Shown here piece after piece: positions 17,258 through 29,573 of a stretch of 64,000 nt of DNA. The notes beneath the pieces are model-generated. The model worked only from the letters and a program-made list of their open reading frames with translations, ran no database searches and was not told where the DNA came from. This DNA comes from Acidobacteriota bacterium (lineage in GTDB: Bacteria; Acidobacteriota; Terriglobia; Bryobacterales; Bryobacteraceae). The position numbers and the translations under genes are program-made. Each line of letters begins with the position of its first letter. Position 1 is the stretch's first letter. The stretch spans positions 891-64,890 of the forward strand of contig JAJYCN010000001.1 in the NCBI GenBank assembly GCA_021778335.1, read 5' to 3'.

Positions 17258-18515
17258 TCGCGGCGTGGCTGAGCACTTCCTTCAGGCGGCGCGCCACGAT
17301 GAGCTCCTCGCCGGGTTGCAGCATCCAGACACCGACGACGATGGTGTTTTCATCCGAAGGCAAGTCCTTGTCTCCGTTGCGGCCGGTGAAGGGGTTGAGC
17401 TCGATGGGCGGATCGCCTTCGCGCAACTGGCGGGCGACTTCCTTGGGTTCGATTTTCACGCGGGCCGGATCGTACTTGAGCAGAAGATGGGGAACGTGGT
17501 TGGCCACCGGCGGCACGGCGATGGTGGTGGTGAGGGTTGGGACGCCCCGGACGTGGGCGGCGATGCGCTCGGCGGTGCGCCGGAATTCGGCCTCCATGCC
17601 GGCATCGGTCTGGGAGAGGAACCAGTCGACGGCGGCGACCATGCCGACGATCTGCTCCTTGGCCACCTTCATGCCGCGGCCGACGGTGTTGGAGTTCGGG
17701 TTGTTGTTGCGGGCGGCGGCCTCGATGAGGTCCTTGCGGCCGAGCAGCAGGCCGGCGTTCTGCGGGCCGCGGATGCCTTTGCCGCCGGAGAAGGTAACGA
17801 GGTCGAAGCCCATGGCGGTGTAATTCCAGAGGTTGGAGATGGGCGGGACGTCTGCGGCGGCGTCGTTGAAGCAGGGGACGTTGTGGGAGTGGGCGACGCG
17901 GATCCAGTCCTCGCGCGAGATCGGGCTCTCCTGGGCGGCGTTGAAGTAGTGGCACATCACGGTGCGTTCGTTGAAGGCGCGCTGGTAGTCGTCCATGGTT
18001 TCGACGGTTACGAATTCGATGCCGCAGTTGCGCAGCGCGTGGTCGTATTCGTAGCGGTGGGTCTTCTGGACAATGACCTCGTTTTTTAGACCCTGCATGG
18101 AGTTGGGGATGGCCTTGATCGAGTCTTCGTTGCCGCGGGTGATGCAGGCGGCCATGCCGAGCGTGAGCGCCGAGGCCGCGCCGGCGGTGACGAGCGCCGC
18201 TTCGCAACGGAGGCGTTTGGCGAGGTATTCACCGGCCTTGGTCTGCAGTTCCTCGAGCCGGACGGGGTGTTTGGCGGCCTGATTGACGGCTGCCCGGACC
18301 TGCGGCGGCATGACCGCGGCGGTGAGGAATGTGTAGGTGCCGGCGGCGTTGACGATCTTGCGGACGCCGAGCTTTTCGTAATAGTCGACCGGTTCGGTTT
18401 CGTGACCCGCGGTGGCTCCGGCCTGTAGAGCGGTTCCGGCGGCCAATGCTCCGCCCGCCGCGCCGAAAAACCGTCTACGTGTCGTTGGTACAAACATGCT
18501 GTTGTTGCCTTCCAT
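17250..18515 (-). CDS. Tat-exported SelA-like / class-V-fold PLP-dependent enzyme
   Basis: Leader TTRRRFFGAAGGALAAGTALQAGA and an FSGGKGIRGPQNAGLL motif (PLP lysine), as in the SelA/DgaE-like family. Confidence 0.7.
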   Translation of the reverse strand: MEGNNSMFVPTTRRRFFGAAGGALAAGTALQAGATAGHETEPVDYYEKLGVRKIVNAAGTYTFLTAAVMPPQVRAAVNQAAKHPVRLEELQTKAGEYLAKRLRCEAALVTAGAASALTLGMAACITRGNEDSIKAIPNSMQGLKNEVIVQKTHRYEYDHALRNCGIEFVTVETMDDYQRAFNERTVMCHYFNAAQESPISREDWIRVAHSHNVPCFNDAAADVPPISNLWNYTAMGFDLVTFSGGKGIRGPQNAGLLLGRKDLIEAAARNNNPNSNTVGRGMKVAKEQIVGMVAAVDWFLSQTDAGMEAEFRRTAERIAAHVRGVPTLTTTIAVPPVANHVPHLLLKYDPARVKIEPKEVARQLREGDPPIELNPFTGRNGDKDLPSDENTIVVGVWMLQPGEELIVARRLKEVLSHAASA

Positions 18516-18570
18516 CGCCTCTGACTATATATCAAAGCGGCAGCGCGATCCACAGATGAGAAGCTGAAAT

Positions 18571-19041
18571 ATGCGCACGCGCGATCATCATTACCGGGTG
18601 ACGGTTCGCTGGACGGGCAACCTGGGTTCGGGCACATCGGGCTACGGGGCGTACTCGCGAAATCACGAGATTCAGAGCGAGGGGAAAGCGCCGATTGCGG
18701 GGTCTTCGGATCCGGTGTTCCGGGGCGACGCGGACCGGTACAACCCGGAAGAATTGTTCGTGGCGTCGCTGGCGGCTTGCCACAAGCTTTGGTTTCTGCA
18801 CTTGTGCGCGGATGCGGGCGTTATCGTTACGGCGTATGAGGACGAAGCCGAGGGCTGGATGCAGGACACGGCGGGAGGCGGGGGCCGGTTCGTGCGTGTG
18901 AGGCTGCGGCCACGCGCGACGATCGCCGGGGCGTGGGAGGCCGCGACCATCCGCGAGTTGCACCGCTCAGCCCACGAGAAGTGCTTTCTGGCGAGTTCGG
19001 TGAACTTCCCGGTCGAAGTGGCGCCGGAAGGGCTGGATTAG
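18571..19041 (+). CDS. OsmC-family peroxiredoxin-like protein
   Basis: 156 aa; the WTGNLGSGTSGY...EELFVASLAACH...HEKCFLASS pattern is typical of OsmC/Ohr. Confidence 0.85.
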   Translation: MRTRDHHYRVTVRWTGNLGSGTSGYGAYSRNHEIQSEGKAPIAGSSDPVFRGDADRYNPEELFVASLAACHKLWFLHLCADAGVIVTAYEDEAEGWMQDTAGGGGRFVRVRLRPRATIAGAWEAATIRELHRSAHEKCFLASSVNFPVEVAPEGLD

Positions 19042-19134
19042 CCCAGCGGGCTTCGGCGCCGTGTTCGCCGATTCTACGCCGCTGTTGGCCGAATTACGAT
19101 GGCGCGGGGGGCGGGCAGGGTCTACGCTGAAACC

Positions 19135-19896
19135 ATGAGTGGCCCCACTCCTCCTCCATTGCAGGATTTCCGCTGGCGGCGGTACCGGAACCGGCGCAAC
19201 CGCGGCGCTTCCGGGGTGATCCTGGGCGCGGCGATCATCGCCGTGGGGGTGCTGCTGCTGCTGGACAACCTGGGCATCGTTGAGGCTCAGAATCTGTGGG
19301 ATTACTGGCCGGTGATTCTGATTGTGCTCGGTCTGGCGCGCCTGACGAACAGCGCCAACGCTTCGAGCCTGGTATGGGGCGGAGCGATCACGGCCGCGGG
19401 CGCGCTGCTGCTGCTGAACAATCTGCACCTGTTTCCTTTCTCGTTCCATATGTTGTGGCCGCTCCTGATCATTGCGTTCGGAGCGAGCATGTTGATCCGC
19501 GCCGCGGAGGCACATCGATACATTGGGGCGCCGCCCGGAGGAGCGACCTGCAACGGACCAAGTTTCAATGTTTGGAGCGTATTTGGCGGCGTGGAGCGGC
19601 GCATTGAGACTGACGACTTCCAGGCCGCGTATATCTCGGCGGTCTTCGGCGGCGTGAAGCTGGACCTTCGGCGGGCGCAGATCAAGCAGGGGCGGGCGAT
19701 CATCGACGTGAACGCGGCGTTTGGCGGTGTCGAGATGATGGTGCCGGAGAACTGGAGCGTGGTGGTCGAGGCGACGGGTGTGTTCGGCGGGGTCGAGGAC
19801 AAGACGCGGCCTCCGCTTCAGGTTCCCGGACAGCCGAATCCTGTGTTGGTGGTGACCGGGGCGGCTGTGTTCGGCGGCGTATCGGTCGCGAACTGA
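19135..19896 (+). CDS. LiaF-like cell-envelope stress protein (DUF2154 C-terminal domain)
   Basis: Start at ATG 19135. N-terminal TM helices are followed by repeated FGGV beta-strands (VFGGVERR, VFGGVKLD, AFGGVEMM, VFGGVEDK, VFGGVSV). Confidence 0.7.
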   Translation: MSGPTPPPLQDFRWRRYRNRRNRGASGVILGAAIIAVGVLLLLDNLGIVEAQNLWDYWPVILIVLGLARLTNSANASSLVWGGAITAAGALLLLNNLHLFPFSFHMLWPLLIIAFGASMLIRAAEAHRYIGAPPGGATCNGPSFNVWSVFGGVERRIETDDFQAAYISAVFGGVKLDLRRAQIKQGRAIIDVNAAFGGVEMMVPENWSVVVEATGVFGGVEDKTRPPLQVPGQPNPVLVVTGAAVFGGVSVAN

Positions 19897-19915
19897 AGAA
19901 CGGACCCGCGCCGGC

Positions 19916-20998
19916 ATGCATCCGTTGTTTGCCAACAAGACGGGCTTGTTGCTGTATCTCGCCCTGTGGATCCCTTTTGGGGCGACGCTGGCGTACCTGT
20001 TGTCGGTCACGGGCGGGATGCCATGGCGCGAGACGGCTTCGATCACGGCTCCGCTGGCGGCGATCTTTGCCTTCGTTTGCCTGTCGGCGTGGTATCTGTG
20101 CCGGTATCTTCCGCTGGGCGCCGCGCGGGTTCCGTCGCTGGTGCTGAACCACGGCGCGGCGGCGATGATGGCGGCGCTGCTGTGGGTGATTGCGGCGAAG
20201 GGGTTCTCGCTGCTACTCGAACGAGCGTTTCCCGGCTTCGACGGGCGATTTTCGCGCCAGTTCCCGCTGCTGTTCGCGATTGGCTTGCAGCTTTACCTGC
20301 TGGCCGTGGCGGTTCACTACATCCTGCTGGGATTGGAGCGGTCCCGCGAGGCCGAGCGGCACGCACAGGAGGCGATGCTGGCGGCGCGGGAGGCGGAACT
20401 GCGGGCCTTGAAAGCGCAGATCAATCCGCACTTTCTGTTCAACAGCCTGAACTCGATCAGCGCGCTGGCGACGATGGATGGATTGCGGGCGCGCGACATG
20501 TGCCTGGCGCTTTCCGATTTTCTGCGCCGCACGCTGAGTCTGGGGGACAAAGAGACGATTCCGCTCACCGATGAGATCGCCATGGCGCAGCTATATCTGT
20601 CGGTGGAAAAGGTCCGTTTCGGGGCGCGGCTGCGCTTTGAGACTCGACTGGACGGAGCGTGCGCGGGCTGCCCGGTGCCGCCGTTGATCCTGCAGCCGCT
20701 GATCGAGAATGCGGTGAAGCACGGGGTGGCGGGGATGGTAGAGGGAGGTTCGATCGCGCTGGCCGCGCGGTGCGGCAACGGGTGGCTGACGATTACGGTT
20801 GAGAACGATTTCGATCCCGAAGCCGAGGTGCCTTCGCGGACCGGCATTGGGCTTGAAAATGTGCGGTCGCGGCTTCGGGCGCGGTACTCGGGGGAAGCGT
20901 CGTTACGGGCATCGGCAACGGAGGCGACCTACCGCGCCGAACTGGTTCTTCCCTGCCCCAGCCACGGCCGCAAGACGGCAGAGATTTCGCCATCATGA
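19916..20998 (+). CDS. LytS/YehU-type sensor histidine kinase
   Basis: Polytopic N-terminus, the His_kinase motif QINPHFLFNSLNSISAL, and a HATPase domain (ENAVKHG...GIGLENVRSRL). Confidence 0.85.
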   Translation: MHPLFANKTGLLLYLALWIPFGATLAYLLSVTGGMPWRETASITAPLAAIFAFVCLSAWYLCRYLPLGAARVPSLVLNHGAAAMMAALLWVIAAKGFSLLLERAFPGFDGRFSRQFPLLFAIGLQLYLLAVAVHYILLGLERSREAERHAQEAMLAAREAELRALKAQINPHFLFNSLNSISALATMDGLRARDMCLALSDFLRRTLSLGDKETIPLTDEIAMAQLYLSVEKVRFGARLRFETRLDGACAGCPVPPLILQPLIENAVKHGVAGMVEGGSIALAARCGNGWLTITVENDFDPEAEVPSRTGIGLENVRSRLRARYSGEASLRASATEATYRAELVLPCPSHGRKTAEISPS

Positions 20999-21013
20999 GG
21001 AGAGAGCGGACCG

Positions 21014-22648
21014 ATGGCTGAATTCCAGGAACCCGCGATGCTGAAGCATTTCCGGATCGTGTCGAAGCTTGGCGAGGGCGGGATGGGCGCGGTTTATCTG
21101 GCGCGCGATACCCGTCTGGACCGGAACGTGGCCATCAAGCTTCTGACCGTGGAATTGGCCGGCGATGCGCGCCATGTCGAGCGGTTCCGGCGGGAGGCGC
21201 GGCTGGCTTCGAGCCTGAACCATCCGAATATCGCTCAGATCTACGAGACCGGCGAGCACGAAGGCGCACCCTTTCTGGTGATGGAGTATGTCGAAGGCGA
21301 GCCATTGACGGCGCGAATCGCGCGCGGGCCGATGAAACCGGCCGAGGTGCTCGATGCCGGCGCCCAAGCCGCCGATGCGCTCGACGCCGCGCATTCGCAA
21401 GGGATCGTACACCGCGACATCAAGCCGGCGAACCTGATCTTCGACGCGCGGGGCCGGCTGAAGATTTTGGACTTCGGGCTGGCGCGGAGGGAAGCCCAGG
21501 CGGCCGCGCGCGAGCAAAGAGACGCGGATACGGTGCTGATGACCACCGGGAACCTGGTGCTCGGCACGGTCCACTACATGAGCCCGGAGCAGGCGTTTGG
21601 AAAGGACGTCGATCACCGCAGCGACCTGTTCAGCCTTGGCGTGGTGCTGTATGAAATGTGCGCGGGCCGTCCGCCGTTCGACGGCGAGAACTCGCAGCAA
21701 GTGATTGCGAAAATCCTTTCCAGCCAGCCCGAGGCGGTGGCGCGGTTCAACTACGAGGTGCCGGAGGGGCTGGACCGCGTGATCCGGAAATGTATCGAAA
21801 AGGAATGCGCGCGGCGGTATCAATCCGCGCGGGAGTTACTGGTGGACCTCGAGAATCTCCGCCGCGACGCCGGTAGCCGGGCAACAACTTCCGTGACTGC
21901 GCCGAGCGTGCTGCGCGCGGTCATTGTGGATGACGAGGAACTGGCGCGGGGGCTTTTGCGGGAGTACATCGGCGCAACGCCGGGCGTGGAACTGGCGGCG
22001 GAATGCGCCAACGGGTTTGAAGCGGCCAAGACGATCCCGGCGCTGAAACCCGACGTGGTGATTTTGGACGTGCAGATGCCGAAGCTCAATGGCTTCGAGG
22101 TGCTCGAGTTGATCGGTACGGAAACGCCAGTGATTTTCGCGACGGCGTTCGACGATTACGCAATGCGCGCCTTCGACGCCAACGCTGTGGACTATCTGTT
22201 GAAGCCGTTCAGCCTGGAGCGGTTCCAGACGGCGATCGGAAGGGCGAGGCAGCGCACGGGCCAGCCGATGCCGCCGGCCGTCCAGCTTGCGGCCGCGGCG
22301 CGCCCGCCGCAGGAGTTTCTCGACCGGATTGTGGTGAAGGACGGCAGCAGGGTGCACATTGTACCGGTGGGCAAGCTCGAATACGCCGAGGCGCAGGACG
22401 ATTATGTCTCGCTCCACAGCGAGGGCAAGAGCTACCTGAAGCAACAGACGATTTCGAGCCTGGAGGCGAGCCTCGACCCGCGGCGATTCGTGCGCGTGCA
22501 CCGGTCGTACCTGGTGAACATCGAGTGCGTGGCGCGGATCGAGCCGTACGCCAAGGACAGCCGCGTGGCGGTGCTTACGAGCGGGGCGCAACTTGCGGTG
22601 AGCCGGGCGGGTTACGACCGGCTGCGGGCGCTCCTTGAAGGAAGGTAA
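21014..22648 (+). CDS. Fusion protein: Hanks-type Ser/Thr kinase + receiver (REC) + LytTR DNA-binding domain
   Basis: Kinase motifs are [24 protein letters not shown] and SPE. The REC domain follows (VIVDDEE...[11 protein letters not shown]...LLKPF), then LytTR ([13 protein letters not shown]...[10 protein letters not shown]). It is a single uninterrupted ORF. Confidence 0.85.
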   Translation: MAEFQEPAMLKHFRIVSKLGEGGMGAVYLARDTRLDRNVAIKLLTVELAGDARHVERFRREARLASSLNHPNIAQIYETGEHEGAPFLVMEYVEGEPLTARIARGPMKPAEVLDAGAQAADALDAAHSQGIVHRDIKPANLIFDARGRLKILDFGLARREAQAAAREQRDADTVLMTTGNLVLGTVHYMSPEQAFGKDVDHRSDLFSLGVVLYEMCAGRPPFDGENSQQVIAKILSSQPEAVARFNYEVPEGLDRVIRKCIEKECARRYQSARELLVDLENLRRDAGSRATTSVTAPSVLRAVIVDDEELARGLLREYIGATPGVELAAECANGFEAAKTIPALKPDVVILDVQMPKLNGFEVLELIGTETPVIFATAFDDYAMRAFDANAVDYLLKPFSLERFQTAIGRARQRTGQPMPPAVQLAAAARPPQEFLDRIVVKDGSRVHIVPVGKLEYAEAQDDYVSLHSEGKSYLKQQTISSLEASLDPRRFVRVHRSYLVNIECVARIEPYAKDSRVAVLTSGAQLAVSRAGYDRLRALLEGR

Positions 22649-22656
22649 GCGGCGCG

Positions 22657-23462
22657 TCAGCCGCCATCGGCGAACTCGGGGTAGAGCGTCGAGCCGCCGT
22701 CGACGAACAGGCTGTGGCCTGTGATGAAGTCGGCTTCATCGGAGGCGAGCCAGACGGCGACGCTGGCGATGTCTTCCGGTTGGCCGATGCGGCCGTAGGG
22801 GATGAGCTTCAATAGCTGCTTCAGGGCTTCGGGTGTGGCCCAGGCCGCGTGGTTGAGCGGGGTCTGGATGGCGCCGGGGCAGATGCTGTTGACGCGGATG
22901 TGGTGGGGGGCCACTTCCTGCGCGAGCGTTTTCATCAGCATCATGACGCCGCCCTTCGAAGCGGCGTAGTTGACGTGGCCGGCCCATGGGATCACCTCGT
23001 GAGCCGAGCTGATGCAGATGATTTTTCCGGTAGCCCGGGAAACCTCCGGCACCGCGCCCCGCCGTTTGAACTCGCGGATGGCCTCGCGCGCGCAGAGGAA
23101 CTGACCGGTGAGATTAATGCCGATGACGCGGTTCCAGTCGGCGAGCGTCATGGTGTCGATGCTTGCGTCCTGCTGCACGCCGGCGTTGTTGACCAGAATG
23201 TCCAGGGTGCCGAACTCGCCGATGGCGTGAGCGAACATGGCGCGGACCTGGGCTTCGTCCGAGACATCGGCCTCACAGGCGAAAGCGCGGCTGCCCGCGG
23301 CGGTGATGCGGTCCACCGCTTCCCGCGCGGCGGCGAGGCTGGCCCCGACGTAGTTAACGCAGACATCGGCGCCGGCTTCACCGAGGGCGATGGCGACGGC
23401 ATGGCCGATTCCGGAACTGGCGCCGGTGACTAGCGCCTTCTGATGGGCGAGCGGGCGGGATG

Positions 23463-23466
<4 letters not shown>
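22657..23466 (-). CDS. SDR family oxidoreductase (glucose 1-dehydrogenase-like)
   Basis: Motifs TGASSGIG, NNAG and YAASKGG (YxxxK). Confidence 0.9.
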
Positions 23467-25367
<1,901 letters not shown>

Positions 25368-25532
25368 GGCCTGGCTCAGGCTGGAGCAGAGAGAACCCGG
25401 AACGACGATCACCATTTTATTGCAGCACAACAGCGGCTTGAGACCATACCCCAAACCGGGTATTTTCATTAAGATCCGATGACGACTTAACGATTGGTCA
25501 ACAGGCGTTGGCGGCCTTGCGAGGGCGTTTTC

Positions 25533-27653
25533 TCAAGCCGGTCTGTTCGCTCCCGATAGACCCGCAGGCGCCAGGGGAAGCGCGCGGAGACCCTTGCCGG
25601 TGGCGGCGAGGATGGCGTTGCGAATGGCGGGAGCGATAGTGACAATCGGGGTTTCGCCGGCGCCGGCCGAGTCGAGATCGCGGCGATTCACAAGGACCGT
25701 CGACAGTTCGGGCAGGTCCGCGAAGCGGGGAACGCGATAGCGGCTGAGGGCGGGATTGGTTATCCGGGAGCCTTCGAATTCGATCGCCTCGAACAGCGCT
25801 CCTCCGATGCCCATCATCACCGCGCCTTCGACCTGATTCTTCAGATGGTCCGGGTTCACGATTGCGCCGCATTCGAACGCCGTCGAAACACGGCGGACGC
25901 GGACTTTTCCGCTCCCCGGATCGATTGCGATCTCGACGCAGTTGGCGACGAACGAGCCTTTTTCCATCCCGCAGGCCAGGCCAAAGCCACGTCCGGGTCC
26001 GCTCTTTTCCCTGCCCCATCCGAAGCGCTCCGTAGCCTGCTCAAGCACGGCGCGCACGCGCGGCTCTTTCAGATTGCGGAGACGGAACTCAAGCGGGTCG
26101 ACACCGGAGGCCGCGGCGATATCGTCGATATGGGACTCGCGGACGAAGTGATTTGCCGTGGCGGCCAAGCCGCGATACGATCCCTGGCGCAACGGAGAGC
26201 GCGTTGGGTGGAAGGCGATGAGCTGATGCGGGATTTCGTAGGGCGTGGCAAGGCCGGAGGGGCCCGAGTTGTAGTTGTGAAATTCCCAGGCCAGCAGTTT
26301 GCCGTCGCTCGACGTGGCGCCGCGCACTTCGATGAGGCCGGCGGGGCGCAGGTAGGCAAAGCGGAACTCCTCCTCGCGTGTCCAGACGACTTTTACCGGG
26401 CGGTTGGTGGCCTTGGCCAGGCGCGCCGCCTCGATGGCGCATTCGCCGGTGTGCTTGCCCCCGTAGCCGGAACCGCAGTCGGGCATCAGGACATGAACTT
26501 TCTTGACATCGAGCCCGAATGCGCCGGCCAACTCCTCGCGCACGCCGAACGGGCGCTGGGTGCCGGTCCATACCGTGAGGCCGTTGGGTGTCCACTCGGC
26601 GACCGCGGCCCGCGGCTCGAGCGGCACGTGAGCGATATAAGCCACGGTGTAGTGGCCCTCGACCGTGTGCGCGGCCTGTTGCCAGGCCGAGGCGACGTCG
26701 CCGGAGCGGACGGCATCTTCGGCCGGACCCGCGGGGTTGCGCTTGAAGTAGTCGAAGACTTCGGAGTTCGACGGACCAGCCGGAGTGTTCCAATCCGCCT
26801 TGACTGAAGCGAGGGCACGGGCGGCGGCGCTGACACTTGGCGCCGCGGCGCCGACGAACTTGCCATCGCGCACAATCGTCGCTCCGCCGGTTTTCGGCGC
26901 GGCGCTCACGTCTACGGAGACCAGGTCCGCATCCCAGGCCCGCGGGCGCAACACTTTGCCGTAGAGCATGCCGGGGCGCATTATGTCCGACGGGTAGCGA
27001 TGCGCGCCGGTGACGATGTCACGGGCGTTCACTTTGGGGACTGATTCGCTGCGCGGCCGGCTGACCTGCTCCTTCCCGATGGTGCGGGTGATCGCCTTGC
27101 CATGCGTCAGTTCGCCGTAGGCCGCCGAGCGGCCCGATTTCGGGTCGCGCACGCAGCCGTCCGCGGCTTCGAGCGTCGCCGGATTCACGCCCCAGTGTTG
27201 GGCTGCGAGTTCGATGAGCGCCTGGCGCGCCGCCACGCCAGCCGCGCGCATCCGCGGCGCCATGGTGGGCGTTGTCCGGCTGCCGAAGGTGCCCATGTCG
27301 AATGGGGTGCGCGCGGTGTCGCCCATCACCATCTCAACCTGGCCGGGCGCCACGCGCAGTTCCTCGGCGACCGCCTGCGTGAGCGCCGTGCGGCTGTTCT
27401 GGCCGACCTCGACTTTGCCGGTGAACGCGGTGACGCGGCCATCGGGGCCGATGTGCAGCCACGCTTCGACGGCGTCCGGGAGCGGTTCGCCCCTCCATGC
27501 CCCGCGGGCCCGGCCGGACTCCTGCGCGGCGGCCGAATGCGGGATCAGGACGAGCAGCCCGCCTCCGGCAAAGAGTTTCAGGACGTCTCTGCGCTCGGTC
27601 TCGAAATGGTAGGCGGGCTTTTCGAGAAGTTCGTATCGCTCGCGTTCAGGCAT
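25533..27653 (-). CDS. Molybdopterin-binding subunit of a xanthine-dehydrogenase-family oxidoreductase (IorB-like)
   Basis: Start at ATG 27653, an 8-nt overlap with the small subunit. There is a Tat-like leader (RRDVLKLFAGGGLL). The aldehyde oxidase/XDH Mo-binding fold is seen throughout. Confidence 0.85.
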   Translation of the reverse strand: MPERERYELLEKPAYHFETERRDVLKLFAGGGLLVLIPHSAAAQESGRARGAWRGEPLPDAVEAWLHIGPDGRVTAFTGKVEVGQNSRTALTQAVAEELRVAPGQVEMVMGDTARTPFDMGTFGSRTTPTMAPRMRAAGVAARQALIELAAQHWGVNPATLEAADGCVRDPKSGRSAAYGELTHGKAITRTIGKEQVSRPRSESVPKVNARDIVTGAHRYPSDIMRPGMLYGKVLRPRAWDADLVSVDVSAAPKTGGATIVRDGKFVGAAAPSVSAAARALASVKADWNTPAGPSNSEVFDYFKRNPAGPAEDAVRSGDVASAWQQAAHTVEGHYTVAYIAHVPLEPRAAVAEWTPNGLTVWTGTQRPFGVREELAGAFGLDVKKVHVLMPDCGSGYGGKHTGECAIEAARLAKATNRPVKVVWTREEEFRFAYLRPAGLIEVRGATSSDGKLLAWEFHNYNSGPSGLATPYEIPHQLIAFHPTRSPLRQGSYRGLAATANHFVRESHIDDIAAASGVDPLEFRLRNLKEPRVRAVLEQATERFGWGREKSGPGRGFGLACGMEKGSFVANCVEIAIDPGSGKVRVRRVSTAFECGAIVNPDHLKNQVEGAVMMGIGGALFEAIEFEGSRITNPALSRYRVPRFADLPELSTVLVNRRDLDSAGAGETPIVTIAPAIRNAILAATGKGLRALPLAPAGLSGANRPA

Positions 27654-28104
27654 GACGTCCTCCCGTCGAGACGGAGCGGAGCGCCTGCAGGATCCGCGGG
27701 TAGGCGCCACAGCGGCAGACGTTGCCGTTGAGCGCGCGGCGCGCCTCCTCTTCGCCCGGGTGCGGATGGCGATCGAGGAGCGAAACGCAACTGAGGATCA
27801 TGCCCGCGGTGCAGTAGCCGCACTGCATTGCGCCCGCGTCGAGAAACGCCTGCTGCACGGGATGGAGCTGCCCATCGGATTCCAGGCCCTCGATGGTGGT
27901 TATCTCGCGGTCCGCGACGGCGCCGAGGGGCGTGATGCAGGAGCGGACTGGGGAGCGATCCACGAGAACGGTACAGGCGCCGCACTGGCCTTCGCCGCAG
28001 CCATACTTGGTTCCTGTTAGTCCGAGATCGTCGCGGAGGAATTCCAACACGCTCCGATCCGGATCTTGCGCGGAGACGTCTTTGCCGTTGACCCGCAGTT
28101 TCAT
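27646..28104 (-). CDS. (2Fe-2S)-binding small subunit (IorA-like)
   Basis: Start at MKLRVNGK (28104). Both cluster motifs are present: CGEGQCGACTV and CGYCTAGM...NVCRCGAY. Confidence 0.85.
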   Translation of the reverse strand: MKLRVNGKDVSAQDPDRSVLEFLRDDLGLTGTKYGCGEGQCGACTVLVDRSPVRSCITPLGAVADREITTIEGLESDGQLHPVQQAFLDAGAMQCGYCTAGMILSCVSLLDRHPHPGEEEARRALNGNVCRCGAYPRILQALRSVSTGGRHA

Positions 28105-28288
28105 GGGCTTCGCGCGCCCTCCCTTCGAGTGCCGGCGCGCGGCGATCCGCGGCCGCCGGATGGTTTGATGATACTCCGCGGCGGATCGAAGCGGAGTGGG
28201 CCGTAGAACGGACACCGCGGCGGAGTTCCGCTTTGAAACGGGGTACGGTTTGGCGGAGATACAGTGTGACCCCTTGCACTATGAAGGC

Positions 28289-29407
28289 GTGAACCCCACT
28301 CAAAAGAACGTAGGCGACGGAATTTTCCGGCCCACGGATCGCGAGGCGCACCAGCGCGCCATCGCTCTCGCGCTGTGCCAGATGGACAAGCAGTTCGGTC
28401 CGGGCGCGGTGCTGCGTCTTGGGTCGCGGAATCTGCTTCCTGTCACGGTGATTCCAACCGGCTCGATTTCGGTCGACGCCGCGCTGGGCGTGGGTGGATT
28501 CCCGCGAGGACGGGTTGTAGAGATCTTTGGCCCGGAGTCTTCGGGCAAGACGACGCTGGCGCTGCAGGTGATCGCGGAGGCGCAGAAGGCCGGTGGGACA
28601 GCGGCGTTCGTGGACGCCGAGCATGCGCTCGACGCGACCTATGCGCGGAACCTTGGCGTGGACGTCGACAATCTCATCGTGTCGCAGCCGGACTGCGGCG
28701 AACAGGCGCTGGAGATTGCGGGCGCGCTGATCGGCAGCGCAGTTATCGATGTCCTGGTAGTGGACTCCGTCGCGGCGCTTGTTCCGAAGGCGGAACTCGA
28801 GGGAGAGATGGGCGACAGCCATATGGGGCTGCACGCGCGGCTGATGTCGCAGGCGCTTCGGAAGTTGACCGGGGCGGTGGCGCGGACCAACTCGCTGCTG
28901 ATCTTCATTAACCAGATCCGCGAAAAGATCGGCGTTATGTTCGGCAATCCGGAAACGACGACTGGCGGGCGGGCGCTGAAGTTCTATGCCTCGGTGCGCG
29001 CCGACGTGCGGCGCGGCGCGGCGATCAAGGACGGGGAAACGGTGATCGGGAACCGCACGAAGGTGAAGGTGGTGAAAAACAAAGTGGCCTCCCCGTTCCG
29101 CGAAGCCGAGGTAGACATGCTGTTCGGGCACGGGTTCTCGCGCGAGAGCGACCTGCTCGACTGCGGGGTAGCGCAGGGCGTCGTGGAAAAGAGCGGGAAC
29201 TGGTTCAGCTTTCGCGGCGAGCGAATTGGCCAAGGGCGCGAGAACGCTCGCACCTACCTGACGGAGCACGCCGATACCGCATCGCTCCTTGAGGGCGACC
29301 TGCGTCAGAAGCTCGGCTTCGCGTCCGAACCCCAGGTGACGGGAAGCTCCGCGAAGCCGGCCGCGGCTGAGCCGGCAGGCGCCGTGGCACGCGCGAAAAC
29401 CGCCTGA
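28289..29407 (+). CDS. recA: Recombinase RecA
   Basis: Walker [11 protein letters not shown], plus FVDAEHALD and [23 protein letters not shown]. The start is uncertain (GTG 28289 or GTG 28196). Confidence 0.93.
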   Translation: MNPTQKNVGDGIFRPTDREAHQRAIALALCQMDKQFGPGAVLRLGSRNLLPVTVIPTGSISVDAALGVGGFPRGRVVEIFGPESSGKTTLALQVIAEAQKAGGTAAFVDAEHALDATYARNLGVDVDNLIVSQPDCGEQALEIAGALIGSAVIDVLVVDSVAALVPKAELEGEMGDSHMGLHARLMSQALRKLTGAVARTNSLLIFINQIREKIGVMFGNPETTTGGRALKFYASVRADVRRGAAIKDGETVIGNRTKVKVVKNKVASPFREAEVDMLFGHGFSRESDLLDCGVAQGVVEKSGNWFSFRGERIGQGRENARTYLTEHADTASLLEGDLRQKLGFASEPQVTGSSAKPAAAEPAGAVARAKTA

Positions 29408-29573
29408 AACCGTTCTTGGGAGGGCTGTGTCGAACTCCCCGGAAGACGGGCGAGATGCGCGGCGGGAGACGGTTTTCCACCGCTTCGGACCCCGAAAAGG
29501 CCGTCTGGTGCGGGTTTCATGCAACTTTGTGCAGATTTTGCCCGAAAAATCGCGGTTTTCTGCCTCCAGGCTC

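Noticed and set aside
28105-28288. LexA/SOS box upstream of recA
   Set aside because: Only weak partial palindromes were found (GTTCCGCTTTGAAAC; CAGTG...CACTA). None matches a LexA consensus I know, so no call was made.
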